This document shows positions 11,176 through 24,393 of a stretch of 64,000 nt of DNA, piece by piece; the stretch's first letter is position 1; each line of letters opens with the position of its first letter. This DNA is from Centroscyllium fabricii (lineage: Eukaryota): assembly GCA_051313645.2 (NCBI GenBank), contig JBNRSN020000005.1, positions 82,398,001-82,462,000 of the forward strand, given 5' to 3'. Made by a program: the position numbers and the translations under genes. Below the pieces are notes generated by a model. It saw nothing but the letters and a program-made list of their open reading frames with translations. It was not told the origin of the DNA and did no database searches.

Positions 11176-12889
11176 TCTATGCATTGCTTACATGAAACTA
11201 ACCATTTGGCCTTATCAGAAAGGATCCTCACAATTAAGTGAAAGACATTTTATACTGTTTAGATGAGGGATAGGAAAAAGAGGTATTCCTTTCACTGAGG
11301 GCAGAGGGTTAACCATTACCTTTAAAAGCAGTACAGTATGTGTTAGTAGTAAAAGTAGGTCAGTGCATTTAAAGCATTAAATCACCTCTTTAGTCCAGTA
11401 GATTTAACACAGACTTATTCAAATGATCATCTGTCTACTCAAGTTGCGCATACAGCCAAATTCACCCAGCAGCTCCAACAATAACCATCACAGGCCTCAG
11501 AGGGTTAGTAACTGACCAGAGCTGTAGTTTGATGATGTTACATAGACTGACAGATCAACAACAAAGTAGATGCTTTAGGGAAAGAGTGTGCACAAGGCCT
11601 GGATAGCCCAAATACAGTTGTACTACGTATTAGTAATGTGATCTCACTATAAATAAGAACATATGAATCACTGAAGTCTGAGACTACACACAGATGCAGA
11701 TATATTTGTGTAGTATAGGGTATCACTTAATGTTAAAGTGATAGTATTAAAAGGAGTGAAAGGTCTCACAGTCCTCTTAATTTGCCTTGTAAATTGTTTG
11801 TCCATGTTTCTCACTATGTACTAAATTACATGATGGGTTGTCAAACCAAATAATTCTTGACATGTATAAAGGAACACAGAATCACAGAAAAATGTGATTC
11901 TTATTGTTCTTTCAGTCAAAGTTCTTTCATTAAACAGTTTCCAAATGTCACTTATGTAGCACATTTCTCTCTTCTGACATTTATAAGTAACTTTGTTTCA
12001 AGTGTAGTTCCCCAATAGGAGGGCCCCAGTTAAATTTAGAGCCTTTAACATTAAACCACATTTCAGTGCATAAAAAAAACATCAAAATGAAATCTTGCCA
12101 GTGAAATAAAGATAATAATTGCGGTTAGTTAATCCCTTGTACTGTATAGCAGAAATAAGAGGTTGATGGATGCTGTGGTTTGGAATGGAATGATTAAGGA
12201 TAGCATTGTTCTGGTAAAAGTTCAGATGTTATGGCCTGGAAATTCAATAGCGCCGTTCCCATTTTTCAGTTGCTTAAGCCTCCAATATGGTGGGCAAGAA
12301 GCACGCACTCGGTTCAAGCCAGAAGTGCACTGCCCGCATATTGGATTGGGCATTTCTGTGGATGTCCAGAACTATTTAAAGCAATGAATAAATTATGTAA
12401 ATAAGGCTCCTACTCTTGTTGGATGGCCCTTTTCTGATTTTGGTATGCCAATTTTAGTATGGTCTGGAAGCCCCTGTCAACATTGGCCCCCAATGCAAAG
12501 ATGGCAGACATCTGAGCTCCCACAGCAGATGTGAGAGATGTTAATGGAGTTGACCACAGGTCCATGTTGGATAGATAGTCATGTAGGGTGTGTAGGCTGA
12601 GATAGAATAAGGGAAAAAGATGATGAGGTGTAAGGAAACAACAACAACAACTTGTATTTATAAATCGCCTTTAACGTAGTAAAGTGACCCAAGGTGCTGC
12701 AAACCCTCCGCAACATCTCCTCCAGCGATGCTAGTCACCACGGCAATGCCTCTGCCCCTTCCCATGATGACCAACACGCTTTCTACAAGGGGTAGAGGGT
12801 GTGCAGGCGGGCCCGGCCTCCTCTGCTGGCAACCTGTTGTTTTTGGGTGCGATTGTATTTCTTAGCCTGTATAACTCTACAGGTACTAG

Positions 12890-13728
12890 GGGCTCTAATT
12901 TCCAAGCCCTGTGGAGGCGGGTTTGGAAGCGGGAGTGATGGATAAATTGCAGAATCGGGGGGCAGGAACCCATCCCGCCCCCAACCTGCCTCCGTGCCAA
13001 TGTCCCAGGAGGCGGGTATCCGACATGTGCTGGGAGCCGCCGAGGCGGGAAGGGGATTAGTGCCAATTAACTACCTGTTAACAGGTAGTTAGCAGGCAGT
13101 TTTTTGCCTACTCCCTATTTTTAGCCCTGAAGTGTGGGCTTCCCGACGGCTCCGAACCACGCCAAGTTAGCGAGGTGGGCCGTTGGTTTGAAGGGGTTGG
13201 GGGGGTCGAGATGTCCATTGTGCAGGTGAGGGATGGGTGCATGTGTGCAGAGGTAAGTGTGTGAGGTAAGTGTAAAGTGTTTTAATAAGTTTTATTTACC
13301 TTTACTTTCTCCTGCAGGCTTCCTTCTTTCAGTTCTCTGGAGTCCCTCAGTTCACCGGCACAAAAAGCATAATGGCCGCTGAACTGTCAAAAGCTGCAGC
13401 CTCTGCTTTCTGGTCTGGAGAGCTCTCTAACTGAGTCTGAGTAGAAGGACTCAAATTAGAAGACAGATTGTCAGTGTTTGACAGCTTCACAGAGCTGTCA
13501 AACGCTGACTTTTCATCTGTCAAAAGCTCTTGATAGATGAAATGTCAATCACTGACGTCACCAGTAACCAGATGTCCCTCAATTGGCCTGCTGAGCCCAC
13601 TGGGCGGGCTTAACAAGGTCAAGCAAGGGAAAATAGCATGGGTTGGCCACAAGTCGATGGAGGCGGGACTACAACCCAAAAAGTGGGAGTCCCACCTCCA
13701 TCACGTCCCCATTGACAAAATCCAGCCC
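12890..13728. mobile_element. Harbinger-type MITE, family D (second copy 36705-37521)
   Basis: GGGCTCTAATTTT...AAAATCCAGCCC termini with TAG/TAA flanks. Collinear with 36705-37521. Confidence 0.78.
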
Positions 13729-15929
13729 TAAGTATTTAATTACGGAATGAGCACTGGACAGGATAGCAGCGTAGCCTTCAGCTCATTCGGATGGGATATT
13801 AGAATCCAATGCAGATCCCAAATTTGCATAACTCAATTTCACTAGGCTGCTATGTCAGTATTTTTGTGCCAGGATGCTGAACAGTGCAATTTGCAGCTGC
13901 ATTAACATATCTCCGTTTCAAAATGGCACTGAAAGTAACCAGAGGTCGGTCATCCTATGGTCCCAGCAGATGGAGGAAAAGGATCAGCGGGACTCGTGAT
14001 ATAAATGGAAGATCGGGTATGGCACAGGAAAAGATCCATGCCATGGGAAGTCCACTCCAGCACTGGTCCTGAGCAGCTGACATCAGTATTTCTATATGTC
14101 CTTTTTACCTTCAAATTTTTAGATGCACTCTGCTTCTCCAGTTTACAGGCACAGCAAATCAGTACTATAACACTGGATCTTTGTTGTGGAGCACTGAAAA
14201 AGTAAGATCCGAATAGATCAGGCTGGAACATTTTGGTGTTTTCTCACTTCAATACATTACTTGCCTTGAAGCTTGAGTGTGACAGTCTTGGCACATGCAG
14301 TATCATATGCATTAACCTACTTGCTTGGTAATTGCCTTTTGTTTTCAGCTTAGTAAATGGTTTGCTTTCTCCTGTGCCTCTCCCAATTGATACAAGTGTG
14401 CAGAGACACAAATAATCAGGTTATTAATGTGCATAGCTTTGTGGTGCCTTCCTCTTGCTCCGAGCGTCTGCCAGGATAACAAAAGACTTGTACGTGTTGC
14501 ATTCGGGCACATTTCCACCACACCGAATCGCCAGTCTATGAGGTCTCATTCGGGTTAATGCAACAGCAGTCAGGCGTCTGTGATGAAGCTGTATTCCTGT
14601 TCCTGCCAAAGTAATTTCTGAGCAAAAATAAAAGGTTCAAGGCTTGTCAGCATTAGCAGCTAGATAGCTGCTTAGACCTAATGAGAAATTGGACATTGCT
14701 AGACTCTGAGCTATCTTGCCAGAGTCATTTTTCCTGCTTGCCTTTTGTCGGAACGACAGAAAGAGATGTTGTTCAATTAAAACCTCTGACCTGTTGTGGG
14801 CTCTTGGAGGCAGCCCATTTCATGCTGGTGATGTGAGTGATTGGCAAAATTTAGACAGTTTTGAACCATGCAACATTTTTCAATGTTGCTGTTACATTCA
14901 AAGCAACAAAAAAAATCATTGACACTTCCTGTTAGCTGGTTTCCGTGGTGACACACATTCCCAGGAGAAATTTGATATAATTAAATTAGGCTTCTTTTGA
15001 GGTCAATAAATTAAAAGGATAGATTGTCCTTAAGGCAGTGATCCCACTTAGATTTACTATAAACTGCAATTCCATGTTTATTTTTTAATAGTCGTAGGAG
15101 TGCTACAAATAAAATTGACTTAAAAATTATACTTCTGTTTCCTTGCCCTAAATGTTCATATATACTATGCTGTCTATTGGCAGAAAAGTTTGTATTTTAT
15201 TGGGAAAGTAATTAAAGATTGGCAAGGATACACACTCTTTCATTGAGCACCTATTTAAAATTTAAATAAAAATGGATTTTTTTTATCAATGTAACATTTC
15301 TTCCTCTTGATAGGACAGAAATACCTTAATGATTTCCATTTCATTTTTTATAATATTTTTTTAATTTAAAATGTGAATGTCATGATTTGGTTTTGAAGTA
15401 TGACCAATAGAAACTCCTTTTCGTCAATGTGCTTCCCATGTTTTTGATAAGGATATCCTTTCAAAAACCTTCTCGCTATCATATTAATCTGTATTTATGC
15501 ACATCCCTTCATAAAACAGACAAGCTACCTGGAACTTTGGTTACTAATTGAAGTATTTTCTAGTTGATGGGGAAAGAATATGGAAAGATAATACCTTGTA
15601 CAGTATTTTGTCATTAAAATGTTTTCTTGGATTTGTTTCATACATGCTAACAATGCATTGAATATGATGCTTCTTATTGCTAACACGATTTAAAATCTGT
15701 TTTAATCTGTATTACAGAGGTACACATTCACAAGTAGTTATTGAATATTGTCAAGTTAATAGTTCTATAAAACCATTATTTAAATTTTAAACTGTATGCC
15801 AATCGAGCAGTCTCTGAAGAAAAACAATTCCGTATTAATTCAAGTCGTCCATCATGCTGAACCATCAATTTGGTAATGAGCATTTGTATTTTCATTGTAT
15901 TTTTAAACGCCATTTTTCTTCTTTTTCAG

Positions 15930-16040
15930 GCGTGCGCTTAGACAGAGTACGTGGAGGACGGCAGAAGTACAAGCGCAGGATAGACGCAGAGAACAGCCCT
16001 TACTTGAACCCTCAGCTGGTTCAACCAGCCAAAAAGCCAT
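15930..16040 (+). CDS. ESRRG: Estrogen-related receptor gamma, coding exon (DBD C-terminal extension and hinge)
   Basis: Acceptor ttttcag and donor gtaagg; 111 nt. Encodes (G)[36 protein letters not shown], the ERR-gamma hinge. Confidence 0.96.
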
Positions 16041-18557
16041 GTAAGGACAAAGAATTAATTTATATGATATTGTACAGGAAGCCTATTAGCATATAAAGCT
16101 TCACATTAATTTACAATCCAGTGAAACAATAGCATGTCTTATCTATTTCAGTGTACTCACCCTGCACACACAACCAGTTAAAGAGTTTGCAAACAGATGG
16201 GAGTGATGATAGGGCAGAGCTAATCCAGCCTCCATTTTATAGATCGCCAGAGTTTGTTTTTCATCAAGGGTAGCATGGTGTACTTTGTGAAAAATGATGT
16301 ACAACCATGTGGAAATGTTTTGAGTTCATATTTTGTTTTCTATGCAGTTCAATTAAACAGACAGTGCTTTTCACAGCAGTGGTGTTGCAAATGTATTTTC
16401 TCTTAAATTATAATTTGGTTAGCGACGGATTCATCAGATTTTTAAGAGATTTTGTTTCAATTTGCGGTTTCCTAAAAGTTCGAAAACCCTTTGAAATTGT
16501 AATTTTGTTTATATTTGCGTCCCATGACTGTGATTTAAAATGAGGATTATTAAACAATGTGGAACATTGACAGTATTAAACACATCTGTGGTATGTTTTC
16601 TCTGAGCCTCTAAGCTAACCATAGTGTTAAACTCAAAACACTAGAATGAAGATTACAAATCCTGCATAAGCTGGATATTGTCTTTTTAAATCTTTAAGCT
16701 TTTATGATGAGACTTTGCCATCAAGAGAGTACATGTTAAATTTTAGGTGCTATTCCCCCTCCATTCTCTTTATTTGACTGTTAAAGAAGATTGTAAAGAA
16801 TAAATATGGTATTAAAAAAATCATCAATGTTGCATTGCAAACCTGATTGAATAACTGGATTATTTCTTTCAAGTTGACTACACTTATATTTATTGGCAAA
16901 TAGTTCAAAATCACACACATTTGTATGGGCCCATATTAATAATTATTTTGGGCACAGGAAATGTACAATAATTTGAATGCATGGCTCTATGTGTGCCTTT
17001 TGAACACAGTTGTGCATAGCTATCATGGACAAGACAGTAGCTGTTTGTATTTTCCAGAATATTCTTTCTATTAAATAATAAATAATTAAATATAGCTGAA
17101 AGCAATTCATGGAATTTCAGATGTTAATCGGACCAGAGCTCTCACTTTTACAAGGGAGGGCATTGTGTGCAATATACCTTATTGATGAAACATTGCACTC
17201 ACATTTACATTTCTGTAAATTACATTATATTAGGATTTTGCAATGAAGCCTTGTCTATCAGAATCCAATTTTTAATATAGATATCCAAATAAAAGAACAA
17301 TGTTTAGTACTTTTAATGTTACCCTGACATCACACCCATCTATTTTTTCCAGGTCCTTAAGTAGTTAGAATGATAAATCCTTACAGAGCCTTTAATTTGT
17401 ACCTTATCTTAAAACGGAGTTCATTTAATCCATCTTAAAAATTCAAAAAGTCAGATATATGTAATTTTTAAAGATGTGTACTCTGTCAGGATCCCTGCTA
17501 GAAATATACAAGAATGTAATTTTGTGGACCCTGGGGGAAACCATACTAAGTTATTAAAAGTGAAGTAGAGTGTATTCACCTTATACTTCGCTAGAGGTGA
17601 CACCATTTTAAGTTCCCCTAGATTTATATGTAGAAAAAATTCAGAATAACTGGAATTAGGAATGGAAGATTTTCTTCTAAACATATGCATGCTATAATTA
17701 TATTTCCTGACAAAATATAAGCATTGCAGCTATGGTGCGGAGCACATCCTCTTTATGATTTCCTGTGCCGTTGTAGTATTTAAAAAATCTGGGATCATTT
17801 CCCTATCTTTCACTAATCCAGACTAGCAATTAATTGTAATATCTGTCTGTCATGCTACTTGACTAAAAACCTCAACTGGTTGTAAAATACAAAGTCCCAT
17901 ATAGACCTGACTATCAGAGATATCTACAGTCATATTTAACTTGATATTCTTTAGTGTATGAGCCACATATACAATCCCCTCCCTCTCCCTGTTAAAATTG
18001 CGAGGTAATGTGTTTAAAGCTTATTTTTAAAAAGGTTAGCTTAAAAGATATACAGTACATTTCTTTGCACCTATTTGTTTTTTCTAAATTTTGAATTTAT
18101 TGTAATTTCTTTATAATCTTTTCCAATCCACAATACATCTGACTATTAATAAGATTGCATTGTTCTGTGTTATTTATTTTGGATAGTTTTACCACTTGCC
18201 GATCATTACTCGTTATCTAAGAGCTGTTGTGTTGATTTCCTGCAGTTCATTTAATTAGCAATTTAAAAAAAAATAAACATTTACAAAATACATGGTCAAT
18301 TTTTGACTTGTGTCAGGAAGTGTAGCATGTCTTGTACCTTCGATGTAGTCTAAGAGATTTTCTGGGTCCTGATTGATTATTTGTGCATAACAAAGCCATT
18401 CTGATGAAAATTGGGTTGTATTGATTCTAATTAAGGCAACATTAAATAAGATTTACCAAGAGATACCGCTTGCAGCTACTCAATTCCCTGAGTGATGAGG
18501 CTGTCTAAACTGATGCAAACATTTCTTGCTTTCTCTTGCCTGGGCCTTCTATTCTAG

Positions 18558-18719
18558 TCAACAAGATTGTCTCGCACTTGCTTGTGGCTGAGCCAGAGAA
18601 GATCTACGCCATGCCTGATCCCACCGTTCCTGACAGTGACATCAAAGCCCTCACTACATTGTGCGATCTGGCAGACCGTGAACTGGTGGTCATCATTGGA
18701 TGGGCAAAGCATATTCCAG
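18558..18719 (+). CDS. ESRRG: ERR-gamma coding exon (start of ligand-binding domain)
   Basis: Acceptor ttctag and donor gtacaa; 162 nt. Encodes (F)[53 protein letters not shown](G). Confidence 0.96.
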
Positions 18720-19350
18720 GTACAAAAAGAAAACCCCAAAAAACACATTGTTAAATGTGTCGCTAAGATGAAAAAAAATTGCCTTTTAAGTGTTTGGTGC
18801 TGAACTTTCATCAGTTGAGATACGACAAAAAATGACATTGTTAGCAGTTTTGTTTTTCTATTGAAAACCCATCAGCTTTCACTGAGTTATCACATTACCC
18901 AACTAACTGAGTAGGACTAATTAACCGTGCTTGTGATTTTAATCAAGATTTATTTTGGTGATGTTCATTTGTGGGATACATTTGGTAGCTCCTCACCATC
19001 CACTGTTAGTTCTGTTTGAGTTGGGGAAAACTGCATTTATTGTTGGTGGGAATGGGAACTCACAGGGAAGGGGAGTTCAGTGCCATTACCCACACAAATT
19101 TACCACTTCATCATCACTACCATCTCATTCATTGATGTGTGTTAAGTAAAACACATTGCATTTGGTTTCACCCAACCTTTTATAGTTAAGCTCCCTGACT
19201 TTGAAACATTTGTGTGTTTAAGTTCACAGCAGTAAAAGCCTACCTTTTACTTTCTGAAACTAGATGGGAACAGTAGGAGATTTAAATTTCACTGAGTTAT
19301 ACTGGACACCATTGTTATTTGTAATGAAGCAAGACCCGCATTTTCATTAA

Positions 19351-20059
19351 TGCCCTAGTTTCACTGGAGGCTAAGTATGCCAAGTATCCCAAGAATCGTC
19401 AAGAATCGAAATCTTGGCGATTCTTGGTGATTCTGCATGAAATGCGAAAAATACTTGGTTGAATCTTGGCGATTCTTGGTGAATTCTTGGCGATTCTGGA
19501 CAAGGTTACGAATCTATCACGAATTATTTTACGAATGAGGTACGAATCACTCACGAATCCACCACGAATTGCAAGAATTAATTAAGAATCCACTACGAAC
19601 TCCACGAATTAGTTACGAATTCTACGAATTAGCTACGAATTATCTACGAATTGCATTCGTAGTGCATTCGTAGACATTCGTGGTGCATTCGTGGTGCATT
19701 CTTGATTTTGAAAAAATCAAGAATGCCCAAGAATAGTCAAGAATGCACCACGAATCCACTACGAATCAGTTACGAACGGTAAGAAAGGGTCACGAACGGT
19801 AAGAATGGGTCACGAATTGTTTACGAATCTATCACGAATTGGAAAATCGGGAACCCTCCTACGAAATTTTTTGACAAACAAAAACTTTCTTTAAAACTAA
19901 AAGAACTCCCGCGAACTACCGCGAACTCTACGATTCCGCTACGAATCCACTACGAATCCACTACGAATCTACTACGAATTGCAAGAATGACCCACGAATC
20001 GGCCAAATTTCAAAATCGGCACGATTCGGGAATTCGTAGCCTCCAGTGAAACTAGGGCA
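19351..20059. mobile_element. PIF/Harbinger-type MITE built from short ACGAAT/AAGAAT motifs
   Basis: Perfect 23-bp TIRs TGCCCTAGTTTCACTGGAGGCTA / TAGCCTCCAGTGAAACTAGGGCA with a TAA TSD (19348-19350, 20060-20062). Confidence 0.88.
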
Positions 20060-21113
20060 TAACCCTTTGCGGACCTGCAGCAATATTTCTGCATTAAAAT
20101 AATTCTGGTTGGTTTATCCGTTTATCGTGTTTTGTGACTGTTGTGAATGTCATGAACCTCCATAAATTTCCATCAAAAATCTTCTAATGCAATCCCATTG
20201 CAGCAAAAACATTTCTAACGTGCAACCTCTGTAATTTCTAAAAAAATAAATCTTACCATATAATATTAACACAAAAAAACTCTAATAATTAACAAAAAAA
20301 ATCTCAAGTTTCCCCATAACTCATCATCTTCAATTCTGGTCCTAGAGACCTTTGTACAAAAAAGTTACAGTTGGTAGAGATCGCTGAAGTAACTCAAAAA
20401 ATACCGAAGGACTGAGTTACTGAGATGAGCACAAAGAAAGATCAAGCATAATAGAGAGAAAAAAGAACAGAGTAAGTGGGGGTTGGGGGAACAATCTTCA
20501 TGTGGCCATGCACACTGGACATCTCTATGATGGACACATGAGCCACAGCAGCAATAAAGCCTCCCTGTCCCAAAAAGTAAGCCATCCAGAATGCGCAAAA
20601 CTCTGCAAAACTAGCACCAGTAGAACTAGTCCAACCTCAACCTTCCAGGCCCAAACCCTTTCCATAAGTGCTCTGAGGCCCCTTGCTTGATCCAAATGAT
20701 AAGCAAAACCCTTGAGATGCAATTGCAAGACATCAATGAGAAAGAAAGCGGCAACATCAGATCAGTACAGATAACATATGCGAAACACTATGCTCTACCT
20801 CATAAATTACTTATCAGCAATGCCACGGGTGATCTATTCGTATTATCTAAAGAATACTGTGGATTGAGAAAAGGTTCCAGGGTGTACATGTTTCTTTATT
20901 TTTATTTTGTAGTATTCAGGTTTAGAACATTCTGAAAACTAACATGTGCAACTGGCTGTTTATTGTCTCATGTAATTTGGACAATTGGAAGTTACTGGCT
21001 AGGTAAACATCTTACTTAGATCATATTTCTTGTCCTATTTTGTTTTAAATATAACATAAGGTATACACTGAAACTTGTCTCCTGATTAGAATCTTGCTAC
21101 ATGAAGTAGGTGT

Positions 21114-23503
21114 ACATAAGAACATAAGAAATAGGAGCAGGAGTAGGCCAATCGGCCCTTTGAGCCCGCCCCGCCATTCAATAAGATCATGGCTGATCTG
21201 ATCCTAACAACCAACCTACTATCACAGAAGCATCTCCTGCATCTAACAGAATTCGACACACAAAATAAGAGCAGGATCAGGCTACACGGTCCCTGGGCCC
21301 GCTCCACTACCCACAGGGCCATGACCGATCTGAACCTAGACTCATGTCCAAATTCCTGCCCGCTCCCCGTAACTTTTAATCGCTTTTACTACTAGGAAAC
21401 TGTCTATTTCTGTTTTAAATTATGTAATGATGTAGCTTCTACAGCTTTTTGGGGCAGCATGTTCCATGGACCTACCACCCTCTGAGTGAAGTAGTTTCTC
21501 CTCATCTCAGTTTTGAAAGAGCAGCCCCTTATTCTAAGTTTATGCCCCCCAGTTCTAGTTTCACCCATCATTGGGAACATCTTCCCCACATCCACCCGAT
21601 CCAACCCCTTCACAATCTTATATGTTTCAATAAGATCTCCCCTCATTCTTCTGAACTCCAATGAGTAAAGTCCCAATCTACTCAACCTCTCCTCATATGT
21701 CCAACCCCTCATCCCTGGGATTAACCGAGTGAACCTTCTTTGTACTGACTCGAGAGCGAGTATGTCCTTTCTTAAGTATGGACACCAAAACTGTATGCAG
21801 TATTCCAGGTGCGGTCTCACCAATACCTTGTACAACTGAAGCAGTACCTCCCTATTTTTATATTCTATCCCCCTAGCAATGAAAGCCAACATTCCATTGG
21901 CCTTCTTGATCACTTGCTGCACCTGCATACTAACCTTTTGAGTTTCGTGCACCAGGACCCCCAGATCCCTTTGTACTACAGTACTTTCCAGTTTCTTGCC
22001 ATTAAGATAATAATCCGCTCTACGATTTTTCCTGCCAAAATGCATAACCTCAAACTTTCCAGTATTGTACTCCATCTGCCAAATCTCTGCCCACTGACTT
22101 AGCCTGTCTATGTTCCCCTGCAGGTTCTTTATGTCCTCCTCATTCACCACTTTCCCTCCCATCTTAGTATCATCTGCAAACTTTGATATGTTACACTTAG
22201 TCCCCTCCTACAAATCATTAATATAAATTGTAAAGAGTTGGGGTCCCAGCACTGACCCCTGCGGAACACCACTAGTTACCGATTGCCAGTCTGAGAATGA
22301 CCCATTTATCCCAGCTCTCTGCCTTCTGTTAGATAGCCAATCCTCTAACCATGCCAGAATATTACCCCCAATTCCGTGATTTTTTATTTTAAGCAGTAAT
22401 CTTTTGTGTGGCACCTTGTCAAATGCCTTTTGAAAGTCTAGATATACTACGTCCACTGGTTCCCCTTTATCCACCCTATATGTTACTTCCTCAAAGAACT
22501 CCAACAAATCTGTCAAACAAGACTTCCCCTTCGTAAAACCATGCTGATTTTGTCCTATTAAATTAAGTTTATCCAAATGTCCTGTTACTGTCTCCTTAAT
22601 AATGGACTCCAAACTTTTACCCATGACAGATGTTAGGCTAACCGGTCTATAATTTCCAGCCTTCTGTCTACTGCCTTTTTTAAATAAGGGTGTTACATTC
22701 GCAGTTTTCCAGTCTGCCAGGACTTTTGCTGAGTCCAGGGAGTTTTGGAAAATTATTACCAATGCATCCACAATGCCTACCGCCACTTCCCTCAAGACCC
22801 TAGGATGTAAGCCATCAGGTCCAGGTGATTTATCCACCTTGAGCCCCATTAATTTACCGAGTACCACTTCCTTAGTGATTTTGATCATGTTTAGCTCCTC
22901 CCCCTCTATAGACCTCCATTTGTCCAGTGTTGGGATATTCTTAAGTGTCCTCTACTGTAAAGACTGATACAAAATATTAATTCAGTGTTTTTGCCATCTC
23001 CATATTTCCCACCATTAATTTCCCGGTCTCATCCTCTAGGGGACCAACATTTACTTTAGCCATCCTTTTTCTTTTTATATAACTATAGAAACTCTTACTC
23101 TCTGTTTTTATATTTTTTGCCAATTTACTTTCATAATCTATCTTTCCTTTCTTAATCAATCTTTTTGTTGCTTTTTGCTGTCTTTTAAAGTTTTCCCAAT
23201 CCTCTATCCTCCCAGTAGATTTGGCTACCTTATATGCCCTTGTTTTCTGTCGAATACTATCCTTAATTTCTTTGCTTAGCCATGGATGGCTGTCTTTTCT
23301 TTTACACCCTTTTCTTCTCAGTGGAATATATTTTTCTTGGAAGTTGTAAAGTAACTCCTTAAATGTACACCACTGATCATGTATCGTCTTACCCTTTAAT
23401 CTGTTTTCCCAATCCACTGTAATCAATTCCTCTCTCATACCTTCATAGTCTCCTTTATTCAAGCTTAGCACGCTTGTTTGAGATCCAACCTTCTCATCCT
23501 CTA
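21114..23503 (-). mobile_element. CR1 LINE, 5'-truncated ORF2 (RT domain) with stops and frameshifts
   Basis: ORFs 22977-23471, 22208-22888 ([41 protein letters not shown]) and 21404-22162. (acataaga)n tail at 21114. Confidence 0.95.
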
Positions 23504-23569
23504 AATAGGCTAATCCTTTAGATAGACCAATAGTAGTTTATTACTTAAGTTACTTTCTATTAAAATTTA

Positions 23570-24390
23570 GGGGGAGATTTTCGTAAAGATGTGGGAAGCT
23601 GGCAGGTTTTGGCTGTGTCAGTTTTCTGACACGAATGTTTGAGTGACTGGGAACCCCACGCAATTGTGGCTTAACTGGCCAATTAATTGTCTGCATGTGG
23701 GAAGCCCCTGCCAATACACAATTTCCAGTCAGAAAGTAGCCAGCTGCAGTTGACAGCTGCAGGTTTGATTGGCAGTTCTAGGGACTGTGTGTTGTTAGTT
23801 TCTATGGAAACAGCCCATTGTGACATCACAATGGCGTGCAACCAATCTTAAAGCCCAAATGGGTTGAGTGACAGGTCTACGGACACGCTGCAAAGCTTTC
23901 ACAGTGAGGGGCTGTCTCTCCATGAAGCAGTGCAGCATCTGTCAAGGTAAGTGATTTGAGTGTTTTCATCATGGTTGGACCTCACCCAAGGAAGTCACTT
24001 ACAGCTCCAGGGAGTTGGAAGCCTGGAAGGTATTCTGCTGTATGTCCTTCAATGCCTTGAAGGTGAAAGTGACCAAACCGACTGAGATCCCGCTAGCTTT
24101 CACCTGCGGGGTTTCAGGATGGCGGGGAATGGTTGGGAAGGGCTTAAAAATCACGAGCGGCCCTTGAAATGGGATTACCCATGTCAATTAAGGGCCCCTA
24201 ATTACCTCAATGATCAACCCCACCGGTGGCGGGCAGGAAAGATTTGGGTCAGCTGGATATTCCGCCCGAAAATCGCAAAGCGGCGGGGATCCGGCAGGAG
24301 GGGTCGGGACCCCCCACCCCCCCAGGTTTGGGGATTTTAAGCCCTGCCCCGCCGGAAACCCGACCTCATGGCCCTCCGGAAATCTCCCCC
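23570..24390. mobile_element. Harbinger-type MITE, family C-related
   Basis: TIRs GGGGGAGATTT...AAATCTCCCCC with a TTA TSD (23567-23569, 24391-24393). Confidence 0.82.
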
Positions 24391-24393
24391 TTA

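Noticed and set aside
12234-12500. Possible old Harbinger-like remnant, perhaps continuing at 13750-14230
   Set aside because: Too degenerate to define ends or a TSD by eye.
12637-12700. SINE/L2 tail fragment on the minus strand
   Set aside because: Only about 60 bp is recognisable, too short to classify.
19380-20040. CRISPR-like or iteron-like repeat array
   Set aside because: Eukaryotic context, no constant repeat with unique spacers, and it is bounded by MITE TIRs.
20365-20935. Short ORFs after the 19351 MITE
   Set aside because: No recognisable homology or splice-supported exon.
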